A stretch of DNA of 64,000 bases from an uncultured delta proteobacterium (lineage in GTDB: Bacteria > Desulfobacterota > Binatia > UTPRO1). Every line of letters starts with the position of its first letter. Position 1 is the stretch's first letter. Location of the stretch: positions 61,732 to 125,731 of the forward strand of contig CAWCPU010000010.1 of assembly GCA_963797545.1 (NCBI GenBank), given 5' to 3'. A program made the translations under genes and the position numbers. This document shows, one piece after another, positions 1 to 10,926 of this stretch. The notes below the pieces were generated by a model. It searched no databases. It was not told the DNA's origin and saw only the letters and a program-made list of their open reading frames with translations.

Positions 1-1
1 T

Positions 2-412
2 CACCGCGAAATCGTGCAGCTGCACCCGCGGCGCGCCGTCGACGGCGACGCCGGTGGCAAAGCCGCGGATCGCGCCCGGTCCGAAGATCTCCGCCCCCTG
101 CGCAGTCGCCTCGACGACGACGCCGGCGGGCGACTGCTCGTCGCAGCGGCGCGTGAATCGGATCGTGTGGCCGTTCAGCTGCACGATCGAGCGTGGGTTC
201 CGCAACACCAGGCCCGTGCGGTCGCATTCGAGGTCGCGGTCGAGCATCACCGAGTCGCCGACGATCATGCCGCAGCGGGCAGGCGCGGGCCCGGCGCCGG
301 CGCTCCGCGGCGTCAGCGCGACGCAGACCACGACGCAGGCAACCGCGACGAGCGGCGCGACCGCGGTCGTCGGGGAATACGCTCGGGCGGTGCGTGACGG
401 GAGTGCTCTCAT
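2..412 (-). CDS. Secreted protein with probable right-handed beta-helix (NosD/pectin-lyase-like) repeats; 3' end runs off the window
   Basis: Manual translation from ATG at 412: MRALPSRT...LVAVACVVVCVALTPRSAGAGPAPARCGMIVGDSVMLDRDLECDRTGLVL..IVQLNGHTIR..GAIRGFATGVAV. Hydrophobic signal peptide, then a CG..(I/V)..L..DL.C...G...V.LNGHTI pattern typical of beta-helix N-termini. Not in the supplied ORF track. Confidence 0.6.
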   Translation of the reverse strand, partial: MRALPSRTARAYSPTTAVAPLVAVACVVVCVALTPRSAGAGPAPARCGMIVGDSVMLDRDLECDRTGLVLRNPRSIVQLNGHTIRFTRRCDEQSPAGVVVEATAQGAEIFGPGAIRGFATGVAVDGAPRVQLHDFAV

Positions 413-522
413 AGGTGGACGTGCTCGCCGGCGCGTGAGCGAGACGGCCATCACGCTGGAGCGATCGCCTCCCGCGCACGGGACCGCGCCGGTCGCACCT
501 GAATGCTCTCGCCGGGTCGGTA

Positions 523-1974
523 TCAGAGCTCGGGGCTGGACGGTAGCTGGGTCTCGCCCATCAGGAACGTGTCGACGCCGCGGGCGGCCTCACGGCCTTC
601 CCAGATCGCCCACACCACGAGCGATTGACCGCGGCGCATGTCGCCGCACGCGAAGACGCCCGGCACCGACGCCTGGTAGTCCTTGCCGACGGCGACGTTG
701 CCGCGTTGATCGAGCTCGACGCCGAGCTCCTCGATCATGCCGTTGCGCTCCGGGCCGAGAAATCCCATCGCGAGCAGCACCAGGTCGCAGTCGATCGCGA
801 ACTCGCTGCCGGGGATCTCGACCATCTGCGGGCGGCCGTTGTCGCCGGTCTTCCACTCGAGACGCACGCCGTGAAGCCGGCGGACGTTGCCGGAGTCGTC
901 GCCGGAGAAGTACTTGGTGTTGACGCTCCAGTCGCGGACGACGCCCTCCTCGTGCGAGCTCGAGCTCCGGAGGATCATCGGCCAGTACGGCCACGGGGCG
1001 ACCTCGGCCGTCCGCGACTCGGGCGGCTTCGGCAGCAGCTCGAACTGATAGACCTGCTTCGCGCCCTGGCGGTTCGAGGTGCCGAGGCAATCGGAGCCGG
1101 TGTCGCCGCCGCCGAGGATCACCACGTTCTTGCCGGTCGCGAGGATCTGGTTCTGGACGTCGTCGCCGGCGCTCTTCTTGTTCTGCTGCGGCAGGAACTC
1201 CATCGCGAAGTGGATGCCGTTGAGCTCGCGGCCGGGGATCGGCAGGTCGCGCGCCCAGGTCGCGCCGCCGGCGAGGACGATCGCGTCGAAGTGCTCGCGC
1301 AGGTACGCGACCGGGACGTCGACGCCGACGTGGGAATTGACGCGGAAGACGACGCCCTCGTCGCGCATCTGCTGGAGGCGGCGCTCGACGATCCACTTCT
1401 CGAGCTTGAAGTCGGGGATGCCGTACATGAGGAGACCGCCGATGCGATCGGCGCGCTCGAAGACCTCGACGTGATGCCCGGCGCGGTTGAGCTGCGCCGC
1501 CGCCGCGAGTCCCGCCGGCCCGGAGCCGACGACCGCGACGCGCTTGCCGGTGCGGCGCGAGGGCGGCGTCGGCACGATCCATCCCGCTTTGAACGCGTGG
1601 TCGATGATCTGCTTCTCGATCTGCTTGATCGTGACCGGGTCGTTGTTGATGTTGAGGACGCAGGCCTCCTCGCACGGCGCCGGACAGATCCGCCCGGTGA
1701 ACTCCGGGAAGTTGTTGGTCGCGTGCAGGCGGTCGATCGCGTCGCGCCAGCGGCCGCGGTACACCAGGTCGTTCCAGTCGGGGATGATGTTCCCGAGCGG
1801 GCAGCCCTTGTGGCAGAACGGGATGCCGCAATCCATGCAGCGCGCGCCCTGCGCCTGCAGCTTGTCCTCGGGGAGCTTGCCCTCGAGCTCGCGCCAGTCC
1901 TTGAGGCGCTCCTCGATCGGCCGCCGTGCCGGCAGCTCGCGAGGAATCTCCAGAAATCCGGTGACCTTCCCCAT
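523..1974 (-). CDS. gltD: Glutamate synthase small (beta) subunit
   Basis: MGKVTGFLE start, [18 protein letters not shown] Fe-S motif, GSGPAGL and GGGDTGSDC nucleotide-binding motifs; immediately downstream of gltB. Confidence 0.96.
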   Translation of the reverse strand: MGKVTGFLEIPRELPARRPIEERLKDWRELEGKLPEDKLQAQGARCMDCGIPFCHKGCPLGNIIPDWNDLVYRGRWRDAIDRLHATNNFPEFTGRICPAPCEEACVLNINNDPVTIKQIEKQIIDHAFKAGWIVPTPPSRRTGKRVAVVGSGPAGLAAAAQLNRAGHHVEVFERADRIGGLLMYGIPDFKLEKWIVERRLQQMRDEGVVFRVNSHVGVDVPVAYLREHFDAIVLAGGATWARDLPIPGRELNGIHFAMEFLPQQNKKSAGDDVQNQILATGKNVVILGGGDTGSDCLGTSNRQGAKQVYQFELLPKPPESRTAEVAPWPYWPMILRSSSSHEEGVVRDWSVNTKYFSGDDSGNVRRLHGVRLEWKTGDNGRPQMVEIPGSEFAIDCDLVLLAMGFLGPERNGMIEELGVELDQRGNVAVGKDYQASVPGVFACGDMRRGQSLVVWAIWEGREAARGVDTFLMGETQLPSSPEL

Positions 1975-1986
1975 CGTTCCGCCGAA

Positions 1987-4900
1987 TCAGATCGCGGCGA
2001 GCCGCGCCTCGTCGGTGTCGAGGTGCGCGGCCGCGAGCACCTTGCGGTACTCGACCGGCATCACCTTCACGAAGCGCCGCGCGTTCTCCTTCCAGCCGGA
2101 GAGGATGCGCCAGGCGACGGCGCTCTCGGTGTACTCGTAATGGCGCTGGATCAGGTCCTTCACTAGCGCGAGGTCGGTGTCTTCCATCGGGTCGAGCGCG
2201 ACCATGCTCATGTTGCAGCAGCCGGCGCCGAACGAGGCGTCGACGTCGTAGACGTAGGCAACGCCGCCGCTCATGCCGGCCGCGAAGTTCCGGCCGGTCT
2301 TGCCGAGCACCACCACGGTCCCCTTCGTCATGTACTCGCAGCCGTGGTCGCCGACGCCTTCGACGACCGCGGTGACGCCGCTGTTCCGCACCGCGAAGCG
2401 CTCGCCCGCCTGGCCGCGGCAGAAGACCTCGCCGCCGGTCGCGCCGTAGAGCGAGACGTTGCCGACGATGATGTTCTCCTCCGGCACGAAGCTCGCGTTC
2501 TTCGGCGGATAAATGACGATCCGCCCGCCGGAGATGCCCTTCGCGAAGTAGTCGTTGGCGTCGCCTTCGAGCGTGATCGCGATCCCGGGCGCGAGGAACG
2601 CGCCGAAGCTCTGGCCGGCGGAGCCGGCGAAGCGCAGCGTGATGGTCTCGGGTGGCAGACCGTCGGCGCCGTGGCGGCGTGACACCTCGGCCGAGAGCAT
2701 CGTGCCGACCGTGCGATTGACGTTCCGGATCGGCAGCTCGACCTCGACCGGCGTGCGGTCTTCGAGCGCCGGCCGGCAGCGCGCGATGAGCTCGTTGTCG
2801 AGCGCGCGCTCGAGGCCGTGGTCCTGCGTCGTGGTGCAGTGGATCGGGATGGTGTCGGGCACCTCGGGACGGTGCAGGATCTCGGTGAGGTCGAGGCCGC
2901 GCGCCTTCCAGTGATCGATCGCCTCGCGCGCCTCGAGCTTGTCGACCCGGCCGACCATCTCCTGCACCGTGCGGAAGCCGAGCTCGGCCATGATCTCGCG
3001 CAGCTCCTCGGCGACGAACGTCATGAAGTTGATGACGTGCTCGGGCTTGCCCTCGAACTTCTTCCGCAGCACCGGATCCTGCGTCGCGATGCCGACGGGG
3101 CAGGTGTTGAGGTGGCAGACGCGCATCATGATGCAGCCCGACGCGACCAGCGCCGCGGAGGCGAAGCCGTACTCCTCGGCGCCGAGCAGCGCGGCGATCG
3201 CGACGTCGCGGCCGGTCTTCAGCTGGCCGTCGGTCTCGACCCGGATCCGCGAGCGCAGGTCGTTCATCACCAGGACCTGTTGCGTCTCGGCGAGGCCGAG
3301 CTCCCAGGGAATGCCGGCGTGCTTGATCGAGGTGAGCGGCGACGCGCCGGTGCCGCCGTCGTGACCGCTGATCAGGACGACGTCGGCCTTCGCCTTCGAG
3401 ACGCCGGCCGCGACCGTGCCGACGCCGACCTCGGCGACGAGCTTGACGCTGATGCGCGCGCGGTTGTTGGCGTTTTTCAGATCATGGATCAGCTGCGCGA
3501 GGTCCTCGATCGAGTAGATGTCGTGGTGCGGCGGCGGCGAGATCAGGCCGACGCCGGGCGTCGAGTAGCGGATCTTGGCGATGAAGGCGTCGACCTTGTG
3601 GCCGGGGAGCTGCCCGCCCTCGCCGGGCTTCGCGCCTTGCGCCATCTTGATCTGGAGCTCGTCGGCGTTGACCAGGTAGTAGCTCGTCACGCCGAAGCGG
3701 CCCGAGGCGACCTGCTTGATCGCGCTCCGCTTCGAGTCGCCGTTCGCGAGCGGCGCGTAGCGCTCGGGATCCTCGCCGCCCTCGCCGGTGTTCGACTTGC
3801 CGCCGATGCGGTTCATCGCGATCGCGAGGTTTTCGTGCGCCTCCCGGGAGATCGAGCCGAAGGACATCGCGCCGGTCTTGAACCGCTTGACGATCTCGCT
3901 CGCGGGCTCGACCTGCTCGATCGGGATCGGCCGCGACGGACGGAACTTGAGGAGACCGCGCAAGGTCGCGTGCTGGCGGCTCTCGTCGCTCACCAGCGCC
4001 GAGTACTCCTTGAACATGCGGTAGTTCCCGGCGCGCACCGCGTGCTGGAGCTTGGCGATCGAGTTCGGGTTGTACATGTGGAACTCGCCGCGCCGCCGCC
4101 ACTGGTACTGGCCACCGAGGTCGAGATCGCCGTCGAGCTCCGGCGCCACCTTGAAGGCGTGCGCGTGCCGCGTCGCGGTCTCGTGAGCGAGCGCCTCGAG
4201 GCCGACGCCCTCGATGCGCGACGCCGTCCAGGTGAAGTAGCGGTCGATGATGTCACGGTTCAGGCCGATCGCCTCGAAGATCTGGGCGCCGCGATAGCTC
4301 TGCAAGGTCGAGATCCCCATCTTGGTCATGACCTTGAGGATCCCCTTGTTGGCCGCCTTCAGGTAGTGATCGGCCGCCTCCTCGGCGTCGAGATCCTTGA
4401 GCCTGCCGTCGCGCACCATGTCCGTGATGGTCTCGAGCGCGACGTAGGGATTCACCGCGCCGGCGCCGTAGCCGACCAGCAGCGCGAAGTGCATCACCTC
4501 GCGCGCCTCACCGGTCTCGACGACGAGGCCGCAACGGGTTCGGGTGCCTTCGCGGATCAGGTGGTGGTGCACGGCGGCCGTCGCGAGCAGGCTCGGAATG
4601 CCGGCGTGCTCCTCGTCGATGCCGCGGTCGGAGAGAACGAGGATCGTCGCACCGCCCCAGATCGCCGCCGAGGCCTCCCAGCAGAGCGTCGCGACCGCCT
4701 TCTCCAGGCCCGCCGCGCCATCGTCGACGCGATAGAGCATCGGCAACGTCACCGTCCGGACGTCGCGCTGGTCGAGGGCCTTGATCTTCGCGAGGTCGGC
4801 GTTGCCGATGACCGGCGCCTCGAGCTCGAGCTGCCGGCAGTGCGCCTCGGTCTCCTCGAAGAGGTTCCGCTCCGAGCCGATCGTCGCCTTGAGCGACATG

Positions 4901-6525
4901 ACGAGCTCCTCGCGAATCGGGTCGATCGGCGGGTTCGTCACCTGGGCGAAGAGCTGCTTGAAGTAGCTGAAGAGGAGCTGCGGCTTGTCGGAGAGCACCG
5001 CGAGCGGCGTGTCGGTGCCCATCGAGCCGACGGCCTCCTGGCCGTTGAACGCCATCGGCGCCATGAGGATACGGAGATCCTCGATCGTGTAGCCGAACGC
5101 CTGCTGGCGGGTGAGCAGCGTGTCGGGGTCGTATCCCGGCACCTCCGCCTCCGGACGAGCCGGAAGCGACGAGAGCGGAACCAGGTTGGCGTCGAGCCAC
5201 GCCCGGTACGGTTGGCGCGCCGCCATCTGCGCCTTGAGCTCGGCGTCGTCGACGATCCGGCCGGCGGCGGTGTCGACGAGGAACATGCGCCCCGGCTGCA
5301 GCCGCCCCTTGGCGAGGACGTTCTCCGGCGCGATGTCGAGGACACCGACCTCGGACGCCATCACGACGAGCCCGTCGTGGGTGACGACGTAGCGGGACGG
5401 ACGGAGGCCGTTGCGGTCGAGGACGGCGCCGATGACGGTGCCGTCGCTGAAGGCGATCGACGCGGGACCGTCCCACGCCTCCGTCAGGCAGCCGTGGTAC
5501 TGGTAGAAGGCGCGCTTCTCCGCGCTCATGCTCTCGTGCTTCTGCCACGCCTCCGGGATCATCATCATGACCGCGTGGGGGAGAGAGCGTCCGGTGTGGA
5601 CCAGCAGCTCGAGGGCGTTGTCGAACATCGCGGAGTCGCTGCCGCCCGGCGCGATGATCGGAAAGAGCTTCTCCATGTCGTCGCCGAAGAGCGGCGACGC
5701 GAACATCGACTCGCGGGCGTGCATCCAGTTGATGTTGCCGCGCAGCGTGTTGATCTCGCCGTTGTGCGCGAGGAAGCGGTAGGGGTGCGCGCGGTCCCAC
5801 GACGGGAAGGTGTTGGTGCTGAAGCGCTGATGGACGAGCGCGAGGGCGCTCGCGAACGCCGGGTCGCGAAGGTCGTGGTAGAACTGCGGGATCTGCTCCG
5901 GCAGCAACAGGCCCTTGTAGACGAGCGTGCGCGACGAGAGGCTCGGGACGTAGAACGATTCCGAGTCGCGCAGGCCGGAGTCGCGGACCTGGCGCTCGAC
6001 GCGCTTGCGGATCACGTAGAGCTTGCGCTCGAGGGCGTCCGCGGGCGTGTTGCGGCCGCGGCCGATGAAGATCTGACGGATCTCGGGCATCGCGCGCCGC
6101 GCGACGGGTCCGCACTTGCTCGGATCGATCGGCACCTTGCGCCAGCCGAGGAGGCGCTGGCCCTCCTCGCGCACGACGCGCTCGAAGAGCTCGAGGCACT
6201 CGTTGCGCTCGTCGATGCGCTCCGGGAGGAAGACGATGCCGACGCCGTAGTCGCCGCGCGGCGGAAGCGTGATCTCCGCGGCGCCGCAGACGCGGCGCAG
6301 GAACGCGTCGGGTACCTGCACCAGGATGCCGGCGCCGTCGCCGGTGAGCGGGTCGCAACCGCAGGCGCCGCGGTGCGTGAGGTTCTGGAGGATCTGCAGG
6401 CCCTGCTCGACGATCGTGTGCGAGGCGACGCCTTTGACGCTGGCGACGAAGCCGACGCCGCACGCGTCGTGCTCGTGCATCGGGTCGTAGAGGCCTTCAC
6501 GTCGGGGCAGTCGCGCCTGTGCCAT
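1987..6525 (-). CDS. gltB: Glutamate synthase large (alpha) subunit
   Basis: DACGVGF N-terminal nucleophile Cys, [40 protein letters not shown]. Start placed at ATG 6525 behind AAGGAG rather than the track's 6795. Confidence 0.97.
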   Translation of the reverse strand: MAQARLPRREGLYDPMHEHDACGVGFVASVKGVASHTIVEQGLQILQNLTHRGACGCDPLTGDGAGILVQVPDAFLRRVCGAAEITLPPRGDYGVGIVFLPERIDERNECLELFERVVREEGQRLLGWRKVPIDPSKCGPVARRAMPEIRQIFIGRGRNTPADALERKLYVIRKRVERQVRDSGLRDSESFYVPSLSSRTLVYKGLLLPEQIPQFYHDLRDPAFASALALVHQRFSTNTFPSWDRAHPYRFLAHNGEINTLRGNINWMHARESMFASPLFGDDMEKLFPIIAPGGSDSAMFDNALELLVHTGRSLPHAVMMMIPEAWQKHESMSAEKRAFYQYHGCLTEAWDGPASIAFSDGTVIGAVLDRNGLRPSRYVVTHDGLVVMASEVGVLDIAPENVLAKGRLQPGRMFLVDTAAGRIVDDAELKAQMAARQPYRAWLDANLVPLSSLPARPEAEVPGYDPDTLLTRQQAFGYTIEDLRILMAPMAFNGQEAVGSMGTDTPLAVLSDKPQLLFSYFKQLFAQVTNPPIDPIREELVMSLKATIGSERNLFEETEAHCRQLELEAPVIGNADLAKIKALDQRDVRTVTLPMLYRVDDGAAGLEKAVATLCWEASAAIWGGATILVLSDRGIDEEHAGIPSLLATAAVHHHLIREGTRTRCGLVVETGEAREVMHFALLVGYGAGAVNPYVALETITDMVRDGRLKDLDAEEAADHYLKAANKGILKVMTKMGISTLQSYRGAQIFEAIGLNRDIIDRYFTWTASRIEGVGLEALAHETATRHAHAFKVAPELDGDLDLGGQYQWRRRGEFHMYNPNSIAKLQHAVRAGNYRMFKEYSALVSDESRQHATLRGLLKFRPSRPIPIEQVEPASEIVKRFKTGAMSFGSISREAHENLAIAMNRIGGKSNTGEGGEDPERYAPLANGDSKRSAIKQVASGRFGVTSYYLVNADELQIKMAQGAKPGEGGQLPGHKVDAFIAKIRYSTPGVGLISPPPHHDIYSIEDLAQLIHDLKNANNRARISVKLVAEVGVGTVAAGVSKAKADVVLISGHDGGTGASPLTSIKHAGIPWELGLAETQQVLVMNDLRSRIRVETDGQLKTGRDVAIAALLGAEEYGFASAALVASGCIMMRVCHLNTCPVGIATQDPVLRKKFEGKPEHVINFMTFVAEELREIMAELGFRTVQEMVGRVDKLEAREAIDHWKARGLDLTEILHRPEVPDTIPIHCTTTQDHGLERALDNELIARCRPALEDRTPVEVELPIRNVNRTVGTMLSAEVSRRHGADGLPPETITLRFAGSAGQSFGAFLAPGIAITLEGDANDYFAKGISGGRIVIYPPKNASFVPEENIIVGNVSLYGATGGEVFCRGQAGERFAVRNSGVTAVVEGVGDHGCEYMTKGTVVVLGKTGRNFAAGMSGGVAYVYDVDASFGAGCCNMSMVALDPMEDTDLALVKDLIQRHYEYTESAVAWRILSGWKENARRFVKVMPVEYRKVLAAAHLDTDEARLAAI

Positions 6526-6554
6526 GATCGTTCTCCTTGCGAGCCGCCGGCGAG

Positions 6555-7097
6555 CTAGGAGGCGGCCTTCTCCGTATGGCCGCCGTTCCGGCGGCCGCGC
6601 TTCGCGGCGGGTGGTGTGCTGTCGTCCTCGAGCGCGAGCTGCACCCGTTCGGTATGCGTCGACAGCACGATCATCGTCTCCGTCCGCACGACGCCGTCGA
6701 GCGACCGGATGCGGCTCAACAGCTCCTCCAGCGACGTCGTGTTGGTCGTCTTGACCTTGAGGAGCAGCGAGTAGCCGCCTGTCACGTGGTGGCATTCGAG
6801 CACGTCGTCGAGCGCTTCGATCTCCTGCTCGAACCGCCCGATCGCGCGCGGGTGGCCGATCGAGACGCCGATGAAGGCGGTGATGTCCTTGCCGAGGAGC
6901 CGGGCGTTCAGGACTGCGCGATAGCCGGTGATCACGCGGCTGTCCTCGAGCTTCTTCACCCGCTCCATCACGGCCGGTGCAGAGAGCCCGACGTGGTCGC
7001 CGATCTTCGCGAGCGGCAGCCGACAGTTCTCCTGCAGGAGGTTCAAGATGCGGCGATCAATGGTGTCGAGATCGGGTGGCACGTCACCTAATTTCAT
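6555..7097 (-). CDS. Lrp/AsnC family transcriptional regulator
   Basis: [45 protein letters not shown], and [18 protein letters not shown] domain. Confidence 0.92.
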   Translation of the reverse strand: MKLGDVPPDLDTIDRRILNLLQENCRLPLAKIGDHVGLSAPAVMERVKKLEDSRVITGYRAVLNARLLGKDITAFIGVSIGHPRAIGRFEQEIEALDDVLECHHVTGGYSLLLKVKTTNTTSLEELLSRIRSLDGVVRTETMIVLSTHTERVQLALEDDSTPPAAKRGRRNGGHTEKAAS

Positions 7098-7124
7098 AAG
7101 GTTTAGACCCCGAGTTGCCGAACG

Positions 7125-7153
7125 GAACTACTGCGGACGAGAGACTCTGTCAA
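7125..7153 (-). promoter_or_regulatory. Possible sigma70 promoter for lrp-gltBD
   Basis: Minus strand TTGACA-N17-TAGTTC; perfect -35, weak -10. Confidence 0.35.
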
Positions 7154-7162
7154 GTTTTGTTA

Positions 7163-7184
7163 GGCACCTCGGCACCTCGGCACC
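7163..7184. repeat. Tandem 8-bp direct repeat (GGCACCTC x2.75) in a divergent intergenic region
   Basis: GGCACCTC GGCACCTC GGCACC read directly. Confidence 0.8.
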
Positions 7185-7327
7185 ATGGGGCTCGCGGCTT
7201 GTGGCGGCGCGGGTGGCGCCGTGGCAAAGCGAACGGCGACGATCACGCGCCGCGGGCTCCCCAGCAGCGGTGCCGGAGGCTAGAAGCTCGGTATCGACGC
7301 GCGTCGCGTCGGCGAGGAGGGACGGCG

Positions 7328-7930
7328 ATGCGAGAGATCATTCCCGACGTGCTCACCTGGAGCCGGTTCTCGGAGCCTCACGGCTACGATTTCAACGGGC
7401 ACCTGGTGCGCCACCCGAAGGGCAACATCTGCGTCGACCCCGTCGACGCCTCGGACGAGGTGCTGGCCGCTCTCGCTCGTGAGGGCGTCGCGGTGATCGC
7501 GCTCACCAATCGCAACCACGTCCGCGCCGCGAACGCGGTCCGAACGCGGACCGGCGCCCGCGCGCTGATTCACCCGGCCGACCGGCCGTACGCCGTGGGG
7601 CAGGGCGCCGAGATCGACGGCGATCTCGAGGGCGGGTGTCCGCTGGGACCGCTGACGATCGTCGGCGTGCCAGGCAAGTCCCCCGGCGAGGTGGCGCTGC
7701 ACTGGCGAGAGCGCCGCGTGCTGATCGTCGGCGACGCGATCATCGGGAACCCGCCGGGTGCGTGCAGCCTGTTGCGCGAGAAGGTGATGGACGATCCCGC
7801 CGAGCTGCGGGAGAGCGTGCGCGCGCTGCTGGCGCTCGATTTCGATACGCTACTCGTCGGCGACGGGGTCTCGATCCTCGGGGGAGCGATGGAGCGCGTC
7901 CGCGTGCTCTGTAATGCCTTTGCGCACTGA
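7328..7930 (+). CDS. MBL-fold metallo-hydrolase-like protein
   Basis: GGAGGG RBS before ATG 7328; ICVDP, LTNRNHVRAA (degenerate HxHxDH), VPGKSPGEVAL, LIVGDA, LLVGDG. Confidence 0.75.
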   Translation: MREIIPDVLTWSRFSEPHGYDFNGHLVRHPKGNICVDPVDASDEVLAALAREGVAVIALTNRNHVRAANAVRTRTGARALIHPADRPYAVGQGAEIDGDLEGGCPLGPLTIVGVPGKSPGEVALHWRERRVLIVGDAIIGNPPGACSLLREKVMDDPAELRESVRALLALDFDTLLVGDGVSILGGAMERVRVLCNAFAH

Positions 7931-8062
7931 CTGCCGCCGGAGCGCCGTCCGCGAGCGCGTGCTGCCTCCGACCTGCCGTATGGGTCGCCGGCGGCGGCCC
8001 GTCCGCGGCCCCGGATAACCGCCTCGCAGGGGGGCCCGCGAGCGGCTACAGTCGAGGACGCG

Positions 8063-8572
8063 ATGATCCTCACCCACGACGTCATCCTGCGAGAGATCGC
8101 GGCGGGCCGGATCGCCATCGAGCCGTTCGATCCGGCGCAAATCGGTCCGGCGTCGATCGACCTGCACCTCGGGGACGAGATTCGCGTCATGGAGGGCGGC
8201 CCGCCGGTGATCGAGCTCGACGAGGATGCGGACTACCGGACGGTGACGACCGTGCGGCCGCTCGACGGTCGCTACGTCCTCAAGCCGGGTGAGACGATCC
8301 ACGGCATCACGCGCGAGCGCATCCGGCTGCCGCCGGACATCGGCGGGTGGCTCGAGGGTCGGAGCCGCTTCGCCCGACTCGGCCTCATGATCCACGTGAC
8401 GTCGGGGTTCGTCGCGCCCGGCGTCGACAACCGGCAGGTGCTCGAGATGTCGAACGTCGCGGGACGGCCGCTCGCGATCCGCGCCGGCGTCCGGCTGTGT
8501 CAGATCGTCCTGCAGCGCACCGAGGGCGAGGCGACCTACCGCGGACGCTTCGCGAGCCAGCTGAAGCTCTGA
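8063..8572 (+). CDS. dcd: dCTP deaminase
   Basis: IGPASIDLHLG, LEGRSRFARLGL, GFVAPG, QIVL..TYRGRF. Confidence 0.9.
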   Translation: MILTHDVILREIAAGRIAIEPFDPAQIGPASIDLHLGDEIRVMEGGPPVIELDEDADYRTVTTVRPLDGRYVLKPGETIHGITRERIRLPPDIGGWLEGRSRFARLGLMIHVTSGFVAPGVDNRQVLEMSNVAGRPLAIRAGVRLCQIVLQRTEGEATYRGRFASQLKL

Positions 8573-8681
8573 CGCGACGGCGGCGCCGGACCGTTCGGCC
8601 GCCGCCGAGCTCCGAGGAGTGTCGAGCGGCGGTCGTGTGCTCCGCGGGCGCGTGTCACGCGGGACGACCGCCGCTTCGCGG

Positions 8682-9230
8682 TCACGCTTCTTTCGTCGGA
8701 TCGATCGTCGCCAGCAGATCGACCAGATCGTTGGCGTGCTCTTCCTCGACCGCGAGGATCTGCTCGAGCATGCGGCGCGTGGTCGGGTCGTCGTTGCCGA
8801 TGTATTGAACCATCTCCCGGTACGAATCGATCGCGATCCGCTCGGCGACGAGATCCTCACGGATCATGTCGATGAGCGACGTGCCCGCGACGTACTCCGA
8901 GTGGCTGCGGGAGAGCAGCCCTTCCGGATTGAAGTTGGGCTCGCCGCCAAGCTGCGTGATGCGGTCGGCGATCTGATCCGCGTGCTCTTGCTCTTGCATC
9001 GCGTGCTCCTGGAACTCGTCGGCGACCGGCTGCGCGTGGATGCCGTTCGCCATGAAGTAGTGCCGTTTGTAGCGGAGGACGCATACCAACTCGGTCGCAA
9101 GCGCCTCGTTCAGCATCTTCAGGACGGCGTTGCGGTTCGCGCTGTATGCCTCGGTGACGGCACCCTGCTCCATGTGCTGGCGCGCGCGGCGCCGAATCTC
9201 GGTCAGGTCGGTGACGAAATCGCCTTTCAT
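8682..9230 (-). CDS. Bacterioferritin-like (ferritin/Dps superfamily) protein
   Basis: ELVCVLRY, EQEHADQIADRITQLGGEP, EDLVAERIAIDSY, ILAVEEEHANDL ferroxidase-like ligands; GAGGGAG RBS. Confidence 0.85.
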   Translation of the reverse strand: MKGDFVTDLTEIRRRARQHMEQGAVTEAYSANRNAVLKMLNEALATELVCVLRYKRHYFMANGIHAQPVADEFQEHAMQEQEHADQIADRITQLGGEPNFNPEGLLSRSHSEYVAGTSLIDMIREDLVAERIAIDSYREMVQYIGNDDPTTRRMLEQILAVEEEHANDLVDLLATIDPTKEA

Positions 9231-9297
9231 GCTGGTCTCCCTCGCGACGGTGTTCCCGCCGCTGTCGTTTCGCACGACGATCCGCTCGTCGTGCCGC

Positions 9298-9603
9298 TCA
9301 TGCTGCCCGGCCGAGCGTCTCGGCGCCGGGCCGCGAAATTTGCCGGGCAGCGCTCACGGGTTTGCAACGCCTCGAGCGCCGGCAGCGTCTCTGCCGTCGA
9401 ACGGCCGGCGTGCGAGTTTCAATGTCGATGGGATCTCGTACTGCACAACACCCTCGGGGTCGCTGATGAACGGGCCGCCGCGTACGACACCGTCCCCCTC
9501 ACGCTCGACCCACGCCTCGTGGGAGTAGACGCTGTCCACGCTGATCGCAAATCACCTCGGCGTCGGGCGCCTTCGCGGTGTCGGTGTGACCGACTCGCAT
9601 CAT
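9298..9603 (-). pseudogene. ahpC: Degraded 2-Cys peroxiredoxin (AhpC) relic
   Basis: Fragments in different frames: MMRVGH; DAEVI / ISVDSVYSHEAWVE; RGGPFISDPEGVVQYEI; GRSTAETLPALEALQTRERCPANF; GAETLG. About 306 bp, and the peroxidatic-Cys segment is absent. Confidence 0.75.
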
Positions 9604-9606
9604 GGT

Positions 9607-10086
9607 TCATGACTTCCTGGCTTTTCGCGGCGCCGACCGCACGCCGCCCTTGCACTCCGCGCAGCTGCCGGTGAACTGGATCGAGTAGTCGTCCACCATG
9701 AAGCCGGCGCGCTTGACGTGCGGGATGCGGACGCCCCCGAGCGCGCGGTCGTCGAGATCCGCGACCTTGCCGCAATGCACGCACACGAGGTGATGGTGGC
9801 GGTCGGTGTTGGGATCGAACCGCACCTGGGCGCCGGCATGGCTCGCCTTGCGCGCCACGCCGAGCCGCACGAGCGTCTCCAGGACGCGATAGACCGTCGT
9901 GCGGGAGATGCCGGGGATCCGGCTCCGCACGGCCTCGAAGATGTCGTCGGCGGTCGGATGATCGTCGCGCGCGGCGAGCGCCTCGAGGATCGTGCGGCGC
10001 TGTACCGTCAGCGCGATTCCCTCGCGACGGCAGAGAGCGGTGAACGCGTCGAGCTTGCGTGCGCGGTGATCCGCCGGTGACTGCAC
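9607..10086 (-). CDS. Fur family regulator, PerR-like
   Basis: [44 protein letters not shown]; start taken at GTG 10086 just after the promoter. Confidence 0.88.
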   Translation of the reverse strand: MQSPADHRARKLDAFTALCRREGIALTVQRRTILEALAARDDHPTADDIFEAVRSRIPGISRTTVYRVLETLVRLGVARKASHAGAQVRFDPNTDRHHHLVCVHCGKVADLDDRALGGVRIPHVKRAGFMVDDYSIQFTGSCAECKGGVRSAPRKARKS

Positions 10087-10093
10087 GGATGGA

Positions 10094-10122
10094 ACGGTAT
10101 TCCAGGTGGTACTGATTGTCAA
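10094..10122 (-). promoter_or_regulatory. sigma70 promoter of perR-ahpC-bfr, probably leaderless
   Basis: TTGACA-N17-TACCGT, then 7 nt, then GTG; no SD. Confidence 0.6.
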
Positions 10123-10151
10123 ACACGGTCCGCCGCGACCGGAACGATCGC

Positions 10152-10926
10152 TTAGCGCGGGCCCATGCGCAGCGCGCCGTCGAGGCGGATCGTCTCGCCG
10201 TTCAGCATCGGGTTCTCGACGATGTGGCGCGCGAGCGCGGCGAACTCCGCCGGGCCGGCCGAGGCGCGACGGGAACGGAATCGCGGCGCCGAGCGCGTCG
10301 CGATGCTCCTGCGGGAGCAGCGCGAGCATCGGCGTGTCGAACGTGCCGGGCGCGATCGTCACCACGCGGATGCCGAGCGACGCGAGGTCGCGCGCGATCG
10401 GCAGCGTCATGCCGACGACGCCGCCTTTGGACGCCGAGTACGCCGCCTGGCCGATCTGGCCGTCGAAGGCGGCGATCGAGGCGGTGTTGATGATCACGCC
10501 GCGCTCGCCGTCCGTCGTTCGGGTCGTTCTTCGCCATCGCCGCGGCGGCGAGGCGGATCACGTTGAACGTGCCGATCAGGTTGACCTCGATCACCTTGCT
10601 GAAGAGCTCGAGCGCGCATCGGGCCCTCCTTGGTGATCGTCCGGCGCGCGATGCCGACGCCGGCGCAGTTCACCGCGACGTGCAACGCCGCCGAACGTCT
10701 CGACGGTCCGCGCGACCGCTTCCTCGACGGGGCCGGCCTGCGTCACGTCGGCCGGCACGAAGAGCGCGCGCTCGGCGCCGAGCTCGCTCGCGAGCTTCTC
10801 GCCGTCGGACTGCGGCCGGTCGAGGATCGCGGCGCGGCCGCCGGCGGCGACGATCGTTCGCACGGTTGCCTCGCCGAGACCCGATGCTCCTCCGGTCACG
10901 ATCGCGACGACGTCTGCAAGCTTCAT
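10152..10926 (-). CDS. SDR oxidoreductase, 3-hydroxyacyl-CoA dehydrogenase type II (HSD10-like); four apparent +1 frameshifts
   Basis: [48 protein letters not shown]. The pieces join after removing one base near 10690, 10615, 10510 and 10250 (775-4=771 nt, 256 aa). Confidence 0.85.

Noticed and set aside
2818-6558. Very long plus-strand ORFs antisense to gltB (and similar shadows at 625-2166, 10630-13344, 43882-45726, 54618-55856)
   Set aside because: Mirror-frame ORFs expected in about 70% GC DNA with strong codon bias; no recognisable motifs
6526-6795. Longer gltB start at 6795 in the ORF track
   Set aside because: Overlaps the lrp gene in another frame; ATG 6525 has an AAGGAG RBS and sits the usual short distance before the catalytic Cys
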